A stretch of DNA of 62,857 nucleotides, filler included, from Atractiella rhizophila (GCA_021432655.1; 3 parts of 3 records of this genome joined end to end with filler, not necessarily neighbours in it); one strand, 5' to 3'; shown: positions 1 through 15,362, counted from the first letter of the whole stretch. Made by a program: numbers and translations. Notes: a model not told the origin generated them from the sequence alone.

Positions 1-95
1 TCCTGTCACTCTGATGAACCTCAGGTAGGTGACTCCTCACCAACGTTCATGCAATGCTGATCTTTTCTTCGTCCTGTCACTCTGATGAACCTCAG
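1..95 (+). repeat. Perfect 24-nt direct repeat TCCTGTCACTCTGATGAACCTCAG (1-24 and 72-95)
   Basis: Read directly; copy 1 is followed by GTAGGT, copy 2 ends at the CAG acceptor. Confidence 0.9.
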
Positions 96-3000
96 TTTCA
101 ACAGGGAGAACCGTGGAAAGTTGCGCTGGGTGCTGCGAGGAAGGAATGGGAAGAACTAAGAGGGAGGTTGGAGGGAAGGAAGGAGGAGGGTGGGGATGTC
201 CAGAGGAATAATCCTCTTAGTTTGGAGAGAGGGGTACGTGCCTTTCTTTCTGGTGAGATGGGGATTTTGCTTGGTTTGAGTATGGGAAGGGCTTGGTGTT
301 GGAGCGATTGAAAGTTGAGCTTGCGCTGGATAGCGAACGCGACCAACTTATTATCGCAGATGTGCTCACATGAAAGGGACACCAGAACTTCCTGATGTGG
401 TCCATGCTTCGAAAAGTTGCTGGACCGCAGTGTGCCCAGTTCAGCGTACTAGCAGTTCCTATTGAAGTGTCATTGAAGGGATGTTAAGAACGTCACACAT
501 ATGACCTGGCTATGACACCCATTCAATAGAAAGTTGATATCAGTGGTAACTTAGATGTAGCGTAGCAAATCATTACGTCTGAAATAACGAGCTTTTGCAA
601 TCCCCTCCCCTTGCAGACTTAGATTTCTTGGGGCATAGAAAACACATCGTGTCTCACAGTTCCACCATTTCACGCTTTTTCTTCTACTTCGAAACAGGAA
701 CATGTTCGATTGCAATTCCTTGCGAGCATGGAAGCAATTCCTCCCAAAGTCGATCAGTGTCTTCAGGTTGAGATTGGAACCCCATCGACGCCTCAACAAC
801 ATGTTGGCGCTGACTTTCAGCACTCTGATGCTGTTAGCACTTCCCTTAAGAAAGCGAAGGAAATACATCGCAGTATTGTTCATTTCTAATGGTTTAGCTA
901 TGGAACGGCTCAGGATGGTTATGACGGCCTGTTTCTTGCACTCAAACGGCACTTGATTCTGCTGTATGCTATCGTTCCTTGAAATACTAGCATTACTCGA
1001 CCCCAAAAGCACTTGGCTGATTTTTTTACTTAGAACACGTGGGAGGTCTGGTTTCAGGATCTTGGACTGCGGAAAGAAATCCAGCTTGATGTTGAGCGAA
1101 CGTAAGCCATATGTACCATTATTTCTCTTTGTTTTGCTAATTCTCAATGAGCAGATTCCCCGATATGGAATACTTTCGGGACCCGCAAGTGCAGGAGAGG
1201 CTGGTCGACCTCCTGTTCATATTCTCTAAACTGAATCCCCAGCTTGGTTATCGACAAGGCATGCACGAGCTCCTTGCGCCGTTGCTTTGGATCGTAGAAC
1301 TTGAATCGCTGGATCCCACAGAGGCTTCAACATCTTCCCCGATACCCTCGTCGTCTACACCTCCTCTCTCGCCTACAAACGAGAACCCTCCATCTGACGA
1401 GCTCATGTATACGGTCCTGTCAAGAAAATACGTCGTCCATGATACATGGTTTCTCTTTAACGCTCTTATGCGACAAGGGAAAGATTGGTTCGACCATTCT
1501 GAGTCGATCCCATTACCCATGTCCCCCACTTCTACTACGATGACATCTATCAAGAGCGCAGGAGACAAAGTCCATCTCGTACAACCAATTATGGCAAAAT
1601 GTCTGCGCATACAGAATGAACTCTTACGGAAAGTCGACGAAGAGTTGTGGGACAAACTGAGGCGGGAGGGCATCGAACCTCAAATCTGGGGCATGTAAGG
1701 ATACTTTCAAGCCTGGGAAATGGCGTCGGTGTTGACTTTTCTATAGGCGATGGATCAGGTGTCTGTTTGGGAGGGAGTTTTCTATGCCTGCCGTCTTGGA
1801 ACTCTGGGACGGTATTTTTGCCGAAGATCCTTCACTCCGTCTGGTAGAGCAGATCTGCGTGGCCATGTTACTGCGTATTCGCGATGCAAGTGAGTCTCTC
1901 AAGATGTTTACCTTCCGAGCCGGCGTCCTAATCCCTAATGTAGTTCTCGAGGCTGATGCGTCCACGATATTTACCCTTCTCCTACGATACCCAGCACCAC
2001 CGGATGGAGATTTTCGACTCAGCCTGCTCGTAACGCAAGCCGTCTTCGTGAGTGTTTCCGCTGCTCCAATCCAATTACATTCAACCAAATGTTGCGTCAT
2101 GTAGTTACGAGATAATCTTTCAGCCTCCGGCGGTGAAACAGTTCGGGCACAGAACGTCGAGGTTGGTGCAGTATCTGGTCGCGATATCGTGGCTTCAGTA
2201 CCTCAACGACGGCAGCGTCCAACGGCGGCTGGACATGCTAAAAAGCAGAGTTTTGTTGCTGGCGTTGGGACATGGAATGGAGAAGGAGGACTAGGGGACA
2301 TTGCTAAAGGTGTCATGGAGAGAGCCGAGCAGTTTAGCGTCGGCGGACGTGCTTTGTTCGGGGAGATAAAGGTATCTGGTCCCTTTCTATGATTGACCAT
2401 ATCCTAAGTCTGCACTAGAAAAACTATCAGGCTCATGGTGCCTCTGGGTCTCTCTCCATCCCTCGCTCTCCACTCTTCAACGCGTTTGGCTCTCCTACCA
2501 GTCCAGACGGCTCACCAGCACGCTCGAACGAGAACAAAGCATTGTCTAGGGCATTAAACAATTGCCTGGAAGTTTTTGAGCGAGAATTGGCTACAAGCAG
2601 CAAGCAAGACGTACTTCAGGCTTTGAAAACTGTCCGACACATAAGCGAAGTCCTCGCTGGCTCGACGGATGCTAACGACTCTCTCTTGAGGAAAACTACA
2701 TCCGATGGATCTGGTTTTGGACGTCCACGGTTTGGAGAATCGAGCCGATCCAGTTCGGAAACAGGGAGTTCGTCTGCGCAAAGAATGGGTATGAGTCGTT
2801 CAGCAGTACTTGAGAAACCGTCGAATTCGGATAGTGTTCTGGTAAGAAGCTCCTCTGGTTCCACTGTACGGTTTTGACAATATTGTGCAGCCAAAACGAC
2901 CGCCGTCCGCTTCACCAAATCCACCTCCTTGGACTCGTATACAATTTCCAGACTCGAGATCTCCCTCCACTCCCGTTCCACGATCTTACCAAACCCAGAC

Positions 3001-3100
3001 CTCGGAAGCTGCCGCCAACGATACCATCGAGAGTCGGCTAGCACCCCGGAAGGAGTCCCCCACTGCATTTGATCCGCTTGGAGTAGGTCCACTTGGTTGA
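1..3100 (+). CDS. TBC-domain Rab GTPase-activating protein, TBC1D5/Gyp6-like (5' partial, multi-exon)
   Basis: Spliced exons 96-233 (..NNPLSLERG) and 1034-1101 (NTWEVWFQDLGLRKEIQLDVERT, IxxDxxR arginine finger), then FPDMEYF..YRQGMHELLAP (YxQ glutamine finger), EPQIWG, LWDGIF; last exon ends FDPLGVGPLG* at 3100. Confidence 0.88.
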
Positions 3101-3628
3101 GAACGACGTTCTCATTGTACACTATTCTCTTCTGTGAATATTTAGTTTACGGGTCTGAGCGACCGGGGCTGCCAACGATCCAAGCGACGCACTGAAACGT
3201 TTTTTGTCTGCGCTTCGACATTGAACTTTGCATCGTGTTTCTCATTGCAACTTCTGCACGCATACATACCTACTGTAATCGTATTCTCTTGCCCGGCATT
3301 CGTCGTCTTGCAACGCACGTCCTCACTTCCGCGATACGCTAGCGGGGAACTCAATCGGGGGATGAGATATTCTCAAGGTTATGCGTTACAACGTGTCAGA
3401 TCAAATTTAGCAACCCTCCCTTTGTCCAGTGTTTTTGTTGAAGCAGAGTAGTTTTTTGAATATTCCCCATAGAAGGAGAGCAGAAGCGCGGTGCCATTTC
3501 TAGTCTGAGCAATACAGGCATTCTTTCATGTGGCCGGCCTCTGCAATCCATAAAAGGCCTTGAAGCCCCGTTGTTCCCCTGACATGATCTACTCAGTCCG
3601 CTCTATTTCTCTCCTGAACAGATCTGCC

Positions 3629-5506
3629 ATGGCGCTGGTTATAGCATATCTCGCGGTAACATGTATCCTTCCATGGTTGGTTGAGGCGTATCCCGCCAAC
3701 ACCTCGCTCCATTGTCCTCAGTACCAATATCCCAAGTTCTCCACACCAGCAGCTCATGGTACGTAACATCTCTACATCCCTTCCTGTATGTGTAAAGGGC
3801 TCACAATGTGTACAGCTGCTCGACTTCGGACAACAGACCTTCCTTTGATGTCCGAACTCTGTCTACAAGATTCGTGGAGTGGAACAGTTTCCATTGCAGC
3901 TGATCAGGAAATGTACTATTGGTACTTCCCAACTACTCAGCCGGAGGGGACGGATGATCTCGTTGTTTGGCTCAATGGAGGTGTATGTCTTTCAGTCCCC
4001 TCACCATCATCCTCAATCTGCTTTATAGCCTGGGTGTTCTTCCCTCTTCGGATTCTTTATAGAAAATGGACCAATCCGTTACGCTCCATATGAGCCCTTC
4101 CATCCTTACACAAACCCTAACAGCTGGACCAATATTGCAGACGTCGTTTATGTGGACCAACCTGTCTCTACTGGTTACAGTCGCGGCACAGTGAAAGCAG
4201 AGAATGAAGACGATGTGGCGGAAGAGTTCTTCCAGTTCCTGATCCGTGTAGGTTCTATTCCTTAGTGGAGTTAGGGGCTGAAAGCTTTGAAGTTCTTTCA
4301 GGTATATCCCGAGCTGAAGAAGAGAAACTTGTTTATCACTGGGGAAAGCTACGCGGCCTACTATATCACTTACATAGCCAGGCGCATACTCAAAGCTTCA
4401 AAGCACGAACTTTCTCAGATAGCTCCCCTGAAAACCATTATGTACGCCTCCTGTTTAACCCCTTTCTTTGACACCAATAAGAATATGGAATAGGATAGGG
4501 GACGGGAGCTGGGCTGCGTATCCCACAACTGAGGAGCTTCCCATGTACCGCTTCGTAGAAAAACATCAAGACGGGTATGGATTCACGGACGATTTCGTGG
4601 CGAGAGTGAAAACACGCTCTGTCGAATGCGGCTTCGAAAAGATCATGGATGAATGGCTCGTCTATCCCGCTCGAGTTCGCTCTTCCATCTTTCCCCCTTT
4701 TCAGACTTTCTCTGATCGGGGATTAGAGTGGCTTGATTCCATACCCTTCTGAGGCCTTTAGCGACTATTGCGATATCTGGACATTGGTTTTTAACGAAGC
4801 GAAGCGTATCAATCCTAATTTCTGGGATTATCGGGTTGGACCGGAACAAGCTAATCAAACAGATGAATTGACACCATACCTAAATGTGCGCCATTTCTTA
4901 TATCTTGCCACTAATCCAACGTCAACGCCACAGAGAGCCGACGTACAAGAAGTGTTGAATGTAAGGGGTTTTGGTCCATATAATCTGCAAGTTCCAGTGA
5001 GGCTCCTGCGAAACTCATTCCTCAGCTTTCACTGAGAAATTGCAGGGATTTTGGGGGGTTTTCAAGAATAACTACGATAACTCTCGTCCACCCTGCGATC
5101 TTCTTCCCGAATTACTCTCGAGGATTGAAGTTACGATCTGGCAAGGGCTGAATGACAGTCTTCTCCTAGCTGAAGGGACCCGACTCGTCATTCAAAATAC
5201 TACTTGGCTCGGTTCTCAGGCGAGTGAATCCCTGCATGGAAAGCTTGCGTTGATGCTGAATCTCGCCTCGACAGGGGTTTCACAACCCTCCTGAAAAGCC
5301 CTTGCTCCTGAATGGAGAAAAGAAAGGGACGTGGAATAAGGAGAGAGGGCTGACTTACATTGAAGTCGACAGTGAGTTTCTTTCCTACTAACAGCATGGC
5401 GATCATAAGCTTTGCATCAGATGCGGGACATCTTATCCCATTCGACGCCCCTGAAGTTGCTTTGAAGGTTTTGGGTTATCTGCTTGGAAAGGAAACGTTG
5501 ACATAG
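3629..5506 (+). CDS. Secreted serine carboxypeptidase, peptidase family S10
   Basis: Hydrophobic signal peptide MALVIAYLAVTCILPWLVEA; WLNGGPGCSS, YVDQPVSTGYS, GESYA (catalytic Ser), DAGHLIP (catalytic His); stop TAG 5504-5506. Confidence 0.92.
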
Positions 5507-5985
5507 AGAATGATTTTACAAGCACAAAAGTAAACGTTGATCTAGGCCTGGGCAATGAGTTCACAAAAGCCACACTCGATAAAGAATATGCGTCAGATAT
5601 ACAAATTCAGGGTTACAAAGTGAGCAACAGCTCTTTATACAAGTTTGTACAAGTTCACAGAGTCAAGTTGCTGCTGGAACAAGATTGTCGCTTTTTGGGA
5701 TCATATTAACTATTAACTGTTCCACTCCTTTCCAAACTATTTGCAGTGGGTCCTTTCACGTGGGAACTTGACCATACAAGTCAATGACAGGTATTTTCCG
5801 AGTCCGCGTGAAGGAAACATGTGTTGCCTAGGCTTGCAATGCCTAAGCCTAAGACAACACTTTATAGGCCTGGGGAAGATCAGCAGCTCAGCCTCTATCG
5901 CGGTAAAAGAATTGAGCGTCCGTTAGATAGTTGGCTATAAAAGGAACAGAACTGCTTACTTGCCCACCTCACAGCTTTGAAGGCT

Positions 5986-7855
5986 ATGATGAAGCGTCTC
6001 GTGATTCTAGTAGGCCTCTGCTTCTCTGTGTGCAGGGTTTCAGTACTGAGATGGCAGCAGGGTTTGACGCTCGTCAACTTTGCTGCTTCTGCAGCTGTTG
6101 CTGGTCGAGCTGTACCAGCATGGACTCCCCCGTTGAGTACCCAGGGACGCTGGATTGTGGATGCAAATGGGCAACGATTTACGCTCAAGTCGGGGAACTG
6201 GCATGGCGCGTATGTGATCCTTTCCTCTGGTGTCATGATTTCGCTGAATGTGCTTGCTAGCTCTGGAACGTGGGCCGGTAGTGGGGATCAGAACGACGAT
6301 GCGAATCACCATGCGCATGAAAATTCGCATAACATGCCCCTGGGATTGCAGTAGGTTCAGTTCCCATTGGTCGCACCCGTAAATCTGATCGTATTGTTGT
6401 CCTAGATATGTCCCCATCTCGCGTATCTTGGATGATTTCGAGTCTCTCGGCATTAACTCCATTCGGCTTCCGTTCTCGAACGAAATGATTCACTCCACCA
6501 CAATTGTTCAAGACTCCTGGGTGGCAGCCAATCCTGTCCTGAAGGGGAAAACGTACCTTCAAGTCTACGATTATGTGATCGAACAGCTGACCGCTCGCGG
6601 TTTTGCCGTAATTCTCAACAACCATACAAACCTCGCAAAATGGTGTTGTGGCACGGCCGATGGCAATGAGAGATGGAATGAGAGTCAGAGTGATAAGGCA
6701 TGGCAGGATGATTGGGTCTTCATGGTTAATCGCTACAAGAGCAACGCAAGAGTTGTCGGAGCGGATTTGTACAATGAAGTGAGTAATTCGTTGCAAAATA
6801 GTGAATAGCTGATAGGAAGCACAGGTACGACGGGATATCTTTGATGGTCAGCGTTCTGACATAAGAGAATGTAACTCACCGTAAACCTTTCTCAGATCCC
6901 AACTGGGGCTTAAACGACGCGCATGATTGGTACACTGCCTCAGGAACAGCTGCTAATCGAATTCTTAATGAGGCGAATCCAAATATTCTAATCATCATTG
7001 AAGGTATCAATTGGGTGGGGATCCCAGTTGACTTTCTCTACCATCACCGTCCTACTCTAGAACCTGTCAAAGATAAATGGCATACCTTAGCTAAAGCCAA
7101 CAAGGTTCGCCCTCTTTTCATCTGAGATTCTGAAATGTTTTCATGCTGACAAGAGAACGGTTCAAAGCTTGTTTACTCCGCTCATTTTTACGGCTACACT
7201 GGACCTTCTCATTCTGGTGGGCTCCCTTATTAATTCTCTATTGCCCTTATTCATGCTCGTTGGCTCAGGGGCGACTGGTATATAAGTATGCGCCCTAATT
7301 TGGTACCTTGCTTACCCGTTCTAGGCACTGGGGAAACACATGATTGGAGGTACATACCTGACTGAGCCAGGCAAAGATATTCACATCTTGCTTCGGGCTA
7401 GATACGAGGAGTACTCGCACGACGATCTTTTTCAAGTTCTCACTGATCAAGCTGGCTATGTTTCCCTGAACGAAGGGCAGCCGTACACGGCGCCAGTTTG
7501 GGTATGCTTTTCCTCTGTATGCTCATACCAATCGCGGCATTGACATGTTGTTCCTTATGGTAGATCAGCGAGTTTGGAGCTGGACGAGACGGTTCTGCTG
7601 ATCGGACTAAAACCTGGTTTGCCAACATGGTTGACTACATGGTTACAAAGCAGATTGGCTTTGCCTACTGGCCACTCGTGCGTCGTCCTGACACCGTCTA
7701 GTTGACACATAACGATCAATATACCACAGGTTGGATACTTGGGAACCCAGAACAGCAACGGTTGGGCATTACTCAACTACGACCCCAGCACGGGAGCCTT
7801 GAATACTGGGGCCGATTGGAGGACAGATGCATGGAGCAGGTTGAAGAACATGTGA
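5986..7855 (+). CDS. Secreted glycoside hydrolase family 5 (cellulase-like)
   Basis: Signal peptide; INSIRLPFS, ILNNH, DLYNE (acid/base Glu), SAHFYGY, ISEFG (nucleophile Glu), FAYWPL; many short introns. Confidence 0.92.
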
Positions 7856-7939
7856 ACTGCAAGCTAATATTGATACCCACAACAGTATGTGCTGAAATGC
7901 CAGAACAGTCGTACCATTGTGTAAATGTGTCTCATCCTA

Positions 7940-9681
<1,742 letters not shown>

Positions 9682-10444
9682 TTCGGATTCCTGCAGCAAT
9701 GAAAGTTGAACGTCAGCAAGTCTGGACTGCTGGTACTGCGGGAAGCTTTCAACATGGTAACGAAAAGACGAACTAATTCGAATAGGGACATAACACCCAC
9801 AGCTGAAAATGGGCATATGCTGTGAATCCAACTTTCACTTTTTACGGCGCAAAAAACTGAAACAAAGACACCGTCTATTCCAGGAGGTCTCGGAACTTTC
9901 AGATCAGGCACAGTGTCTTCAGTTCTCTGTGTGCTTTCTTCACTTCAGCAACCGAGAAATCAGAGCACCACCGATTTTAAAGCCAGATGTGCCAACAGTT
10001 ACAACTCAGGATACTCATTTTGTCTCAAAATTGTGATGGTAAGGTGCACAGTTAAGATTCTGTCAGAACTTGAAAATGTTCACTAGCAGCTGAAGTCAGT
10101 TGCATGAATTTGCTTGAAATTCTTCTGGCATACTACACTCTTTGAGCTAGTTCAATGCAACAACGCTCTAAAGGAAGGAAAGAAGATGTCCAGCTTGTAA
10201 CTTGACTGGGCTGAGATGAAAGAAAGAAGGGGACATACCTCCAACGAACGCAGACAAAAGCCTTACCCAGGATACAAATAAATTGTGCGCAGGCGTATAG
10301 CTCGCGAGTAGCGAATGCAAATGGTGGTTGAGGTTGATGACAGGCGACAATAGAGTTCACGAACAGAGTTTCCTTCATTCAAAGCCGCTGTCCCAGCAGT
10401 TTCCTCTTTTGGACCTTCCACAGTACTCCTGCCACCCAACCAGC

Positions 10445-11815
10445 ATGTCTTCATTCTTCTCCTTCCAGCAGCCAATTGACATCGACATCCGCCTCGACAA
10501 CCTCGCCGACCGTAAGCTCGTCGAAATCAAGCCAGATTCGCGGTCAGAATCCAAGAAGGAGCTCTCGCCCGTATACCTCGATGGCGAGTCTGTGAAGGGT
10601 CAAGTCACCATACGGAGCAGGGACGGGAAGGCTATTCGACATGAAGGTATAAAAATTGAGTTTGTGGGGACTATTGGTGAGCTTTCCTGCTCTGCTTACT
10701 TCCTTCTTCGTCGACCATGGCAAACATGAAATGTCGTCACCAACAGAGATGTTCTTCGACAGAGGAAACCATTACGAGTTCATCGCCCTTGTTAAGGAAC
10801 TGTCAGACCCGGGAGAGATAAGAAGCGCGCAGACCTTCGATTTCGAGTTTAAGAACGTGGAGAAAGCATTCGAGAGCTACCACGGCATCAATGTCAAACT
10901 GAGGTGTGTCCTCCTTATGTTACTATATGCCGTCACAGTTTCCCCTCCTCCTCACTCCACTATTCTGCTCTTTTGCTCTTCTACTGCTTCCATTTCTCCC
11001 TCCTCCCTTTAGTTCACGTCCTGTACCTTACGAAGCTCCGTGGCATCACAGGTATTTCGTGCGCGTTACGCTGGCGCGCAAGCTTGGCGACGCTCAAAAG
11101 GAGAAAGAGCTATGGGTGCATTCCTTCCGCATGCCAACCGAGACCGCGAACTCGATACAAATCGAAGTTGGGATTGAAGACTGTTTACACATCGAGTTCA
11201 AATACCACAAATCCAAGTGGGTCTTCCTTCTTCCTCCTCCTCTTTCCTGCTAATACCTGACTTTCAATTGCCTTACTTAGATACCATTTGAAGGACGTCA
11301 TTTTTGGCGAGATTACTTTCTTGCTCATTCGGATCAAGATAAAATATATGGAGCTCTCCATCATCCGTCGCGAAACCACAGGTTCACCTCCGAACCAATA
11401 CAATGAGAGTGAAACAATAACCAAGTTCGAGATCATGGACGGTGCGCCAGTCAGGGGTATGTTGACGCTTCATCCCATCCCATCCCATCCCATCCCTCTG
11501 GCTTCCTTCCTTTGTCTCTCCTCCCCGTCATTTGCCAGATAGCGGATGCTGACCTGCGAGCAACTGATGAACAGGCGAGAAAATACCGATACGTCTTTAC
11601 CTGGCAGGCTTCGAGCTCACTCCTACCTTCAGGGATGTGAACAAGAAATTCACCGTCCGTTACTACCTCAACCTGGTCATCATCGATGAGGACAATAGGA
11701 GATACTTCAAGCAACAGGTCCATTTTCCCTCCTCCCCTTTGTTCAAGTTGAAGAAAACTAACGTAATCCGGATGTGTGATAGGAGATTACGCTCTACAGA
11801 GAGCCTCATAATTAG
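10445..11815 (+). CDS. VPS26: Retromer cargo-recognition subunit Vps26
   Basis: YLDGESVKGQV, HEGIKIEFVG, FKNVEKAFESYHGINVKLR, IEVGIEDCLHIEFKY, KFEIMDGAPVRGE, DEDNRRYFKQQEITLYR. Confidence 0.96.
11471..11496 (+). repeat. (CATCC)n microsatellite in a VPS26 intron
   Basis: About five tandem CATCC units read directly. Confidence 0.8.
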
Positions 11816-12396
11816 CTCTTCTGGGTGGACAGTCGATCAATGCTTACTGATATGATTTGCCAATGATTTCTTTCAAGTTGCAGTCTGCAATATATTTATC
11901 TGTTAGATAATCGTGACAACAACAAAGGAAGCTCATAAGCGGGCAACAACCTGGTTACAGTGGTTTCTATCAACATATACTTTAGACTAAGTCCTAACGG
12001 AAATGGACATCAACGTCCTCAAGCTCCTTCTTCAACGAGAAGGAGTACATACAGACGAAAAGACAGAAGCTAGTCAGGCTTCAAGTCTAACATACAAATC
12101 GGGATCAAAGAACGAGACGGAACTGAATAATGGATTTGCGCATGCGAACTGAAGAAAAAAGGAAGGGAAAAATACACCTGAATGCCCAAATATCTGCCAC
12201 AGACCTGCAGCGAACCAAATTGAAACGTACGTATGCAAATTGCGATCCCAGTGTGCACGACCCAGCTATTCCAATGACAGCAACAAACAACAGATAACAG
12301 AATTGAAATCTCCTTGAAAGACCCCTCTGATTCAATTTTGATTTTTTCAATTTTTTTCTTGTCCTCTTATTCCATGACAACCCGAAGGAATTTTGT

Positions 12397-13718
12397 TCAT
12401 TCGACCAACTCAAAACGCACTCCGTCCACTTCCCTTATCAAGACCTCGACGCTGTCATCTCGCTTCCTTTCCTTCGGGACGAGGTGGAAGACGGAAGAGT
12501 ACGTGGGTGGACTGAAGCTAGACGGTGTGGAGAAGGTCGGGAATGGGGTTGGAGAGCGTGGCGTCGACAACGAGATGAAGTCGATGGCTGAAACGGGATT
12601 TTCCGTCGCTGTTTCGGCATCGTCCGCGTCCATCCAGTTCTTCTCAATAGCGAGCAGCTCGTCCAAGGACGATAACCTAGAAGAGGCGGTAGAGGAGCTT
12701 CGACTATGATGTCCTTTCTTAGGGGAGTACTGGGGTGGCGGAGAGCACTGAGTGACGACAACTCAGCTCCACTGTTGGAGTGAAAAAGAAGACGGACCTC
12801 TCCATCTTCTCCTTCAGTCCAATTCGCAACGTGAAACCTCCACACGGCGCTCCTCCCCAATTCCCTGGTCTGTTTCTTCTTCTCCCATCCCACAGGCTCG
12901 CTAATACCGCGTCGATGAGACATCTGCGACCTTCTCTTCGCGACCACTTTCGCGGTAGCCTCGAGCATAAGCGTCTGCTGTTGCTCAAGATAAGGGAATC
13001 CATCGGACGTGACTGGTTCAGAAAGAGGACAATAAGGGCGAGGGGTCAGCGGTTGAGGAAGGGAGGAGATGTCGCGTAGGTCGGTCATGAGCTTGAGGTG
13101 TGGACGATGGGCGGAGGTGGACGTGAAACTGAAGGGATGTTGAGCGAGAGTGGGTTCCTGAGGGAGGGGAAAATTGGGACTGACGCCCGCTTCGATGGGA
13201 GAATGAGGGTTCCAGAGTGCTTCGACGGGAGAATGAGGGTTCCAAAGTCTATCGAAGGACAGTTGAGAGTCAGGAGGCGAACTAGAATGCTGAAGGTGCG
13301 GAGAATGCGATTGGGTATCTGGAGAGTATTCGATGTATTCGAGGTCTTTGAGGAGCTCCAATTCAGCTCGATCGACTTGAGAGACGCGTTTGAACCTCTC
13401 CTCATCTTCGTCTAGGTCCAAGTCCAGAAAGCTCCTTTGCTTCCCAGGCCCACGCCCCCGACGTGATCTATTCGAGCGCCGACTCCTAGTCAGGCTGGTG
13501 ACTCGCGTTCTAGCGGATGCCGCTGATAGTTCGATGCGTGCGGCTGTAGCACAGCGAAAGGAGCTCTCGGACGTGGTCGAGAGCCAGGAGAGGACCCTTC
13601 GATTTTTCGTGGGAGATGTGTTTGGACTCGAGGAAACCTCTGGAAGTGGTTTGAAAAGCGTCGAAGGAGAAGCGTCGTCAATGTCCATCGCTGAAGTCGT
13701 ATTGCACGATGGATCCAT
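12397..13718 (-). CDS. Hypothetical Ser/Pro-rich, probably disordered protein (one intron ~12749-12798)
   Basis: Long ORF from ATG 13718; a 50-nt GT..AG intron joins it in frame to the 12397-12666 ORF. No domain recognised. Confidence 0.65.
13189..13248. repeat. 30-nt near-perfect tandem duplication encoding LWNPHSP(V/I)EA twice
   Basis: GCTTCGA(T/C)GGGAGAATGAGGGTTCCA(G/A)AGT x2. Confidence 0.85.
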
Positions 13719-15362
13719 TGGAAAACGATTGCAGTCTGCAGATTGAAACGAAAGCAGGAAGAATGGAAAGCTGAGCTCTGGCTGGCTCAGAAAACGAACG
13801 CGAAATTTCGAGGTGCAAGCACGGTCGAGGAATCCTGCCTTGCCATCAGGGTTATATACGCACAGTCCCTTTCATCCACATCAGGCGGAAGTTTTTAAGT
13901 TTGGTGGACGGACATCAGCCCTTTGAATTGCATACTTTAGAGTTCCCTTTGTGAGAGTGCACTGCCACTGCAGCTTAATTATTTCTATTTCTCGTTAGCG
14001 CGTGGTTACGGAGTCAAATTCAGAAATGGCGGGCTTCACCTGATGGTTACTGTATCGCTTTCGCCCAGTTCGTGAACTCAGGGAGCGAACGAGAGGCAGT
14101 CAAAGACACCTTCGTAGAACCTGCTGCATCTCCAAGATTCAAGCTTAAAAATGCCCACTACTCGCACTACTCACGAGCAATGAGCACAGACAGTACCGCG
14201 AAACAATAACCGGATTTTGAAATACATTTTGAGTTCGAGGACTGCACCCAAATCATGGGGAGGAACATAATAAGCAACCTGATCATATGGATTTTCCCTA
14301 ACGTCCGAACGATAGCCTCGTCATTGTTCAACATTACTTGGGACACGAAGCGCTAGAGTGTGAGATCATGAACAGAGCACTCTCACACTTTTTCCCACGG
14401 CCGAATCTCCAGAAAGCATTCTGCTGAATTGCTGAGAGATCATGATGGGTCGAGACGAACCAGATCAACATAATGGAGCTCCACGTTGTCAACGTCCTTG
14501 TTCGCGATCGCTTGGAGTTTAGGAGCAAGAATAATGTTATTCAATACATCTTTCACTGTGAACAGACCTCGTGGGGCTGGTTCAAGTGGTAACATGGTTC
14601 TAATGAAGGTGACATAATATAAAGCTAGATACCTAGTGTGATGGACGTAACAGTAAGAACCAAGCTTTGAAGCGTCTACGCTATTAGTATCACGACATTT
14701 CTTATAATGTAGGGCTAGTAAACCCACAACACAGCTTACCACAAACTCCTAACCTACGACAAAGGAGGATGTGGAGTGGATAGTCTCGATCAAGTGACAC
14801 AGCAGTGATTCGCTACAGAAATCGTACTTCTATGAATGAAATGACAGGAATTTCGATTCCCAACTAAAAAGATGCCAATCGGCCGCGCAAAGGATGAAGG
14901 AGAGAGAACAGAGGATAGCCTCAACGGTAGTTAGAGGAAACCAACCAGCTCTTACAACCGCGAGGCAGACATCCACCGTACACGACATAGTGTTGCGGAT
15001 GAACATGACCAAAATATGAAATGTGAATGAGAAATAAGTTTTCATTATTATTATCAACTTAGCCTGTATCGATAGCGCAAGCTACACAAGTAGAAGTATC
15101 CTTTCTCCTTTAGGAGGCTACTGACATGTACGCCATGGACTGCTCTGGCCTCCCTTGTTGCGCCGCCGCCGTAGGTGTTAGGAACACTTCCAAATCCAAC
15201 CTTTGTCCTCCCATGGTGCCCTTAAATACGCAGTGCTCCCTCTTATGCTCCCCAAACTGCTTCAGAATCTTCAAGAATCTCATCATATTACATTGGTACC
15301 ACCATCATCCAGGTTGCATCTTTCCTTGAAGCTTCAAAGCGATCCAACGACATCATATCGAC

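Noticed and set aside
3142..3451. Short ORFs between the TBC and carboxypeptidase genes
   Set aside because: No true ATG start or motif; probably UTR or intergenic.
14334..14742. Minus-strand peptide faintly like a Crinkler-type N-terminal domain
   Set aside because: Similarity too weak and no coherent downstream exon.
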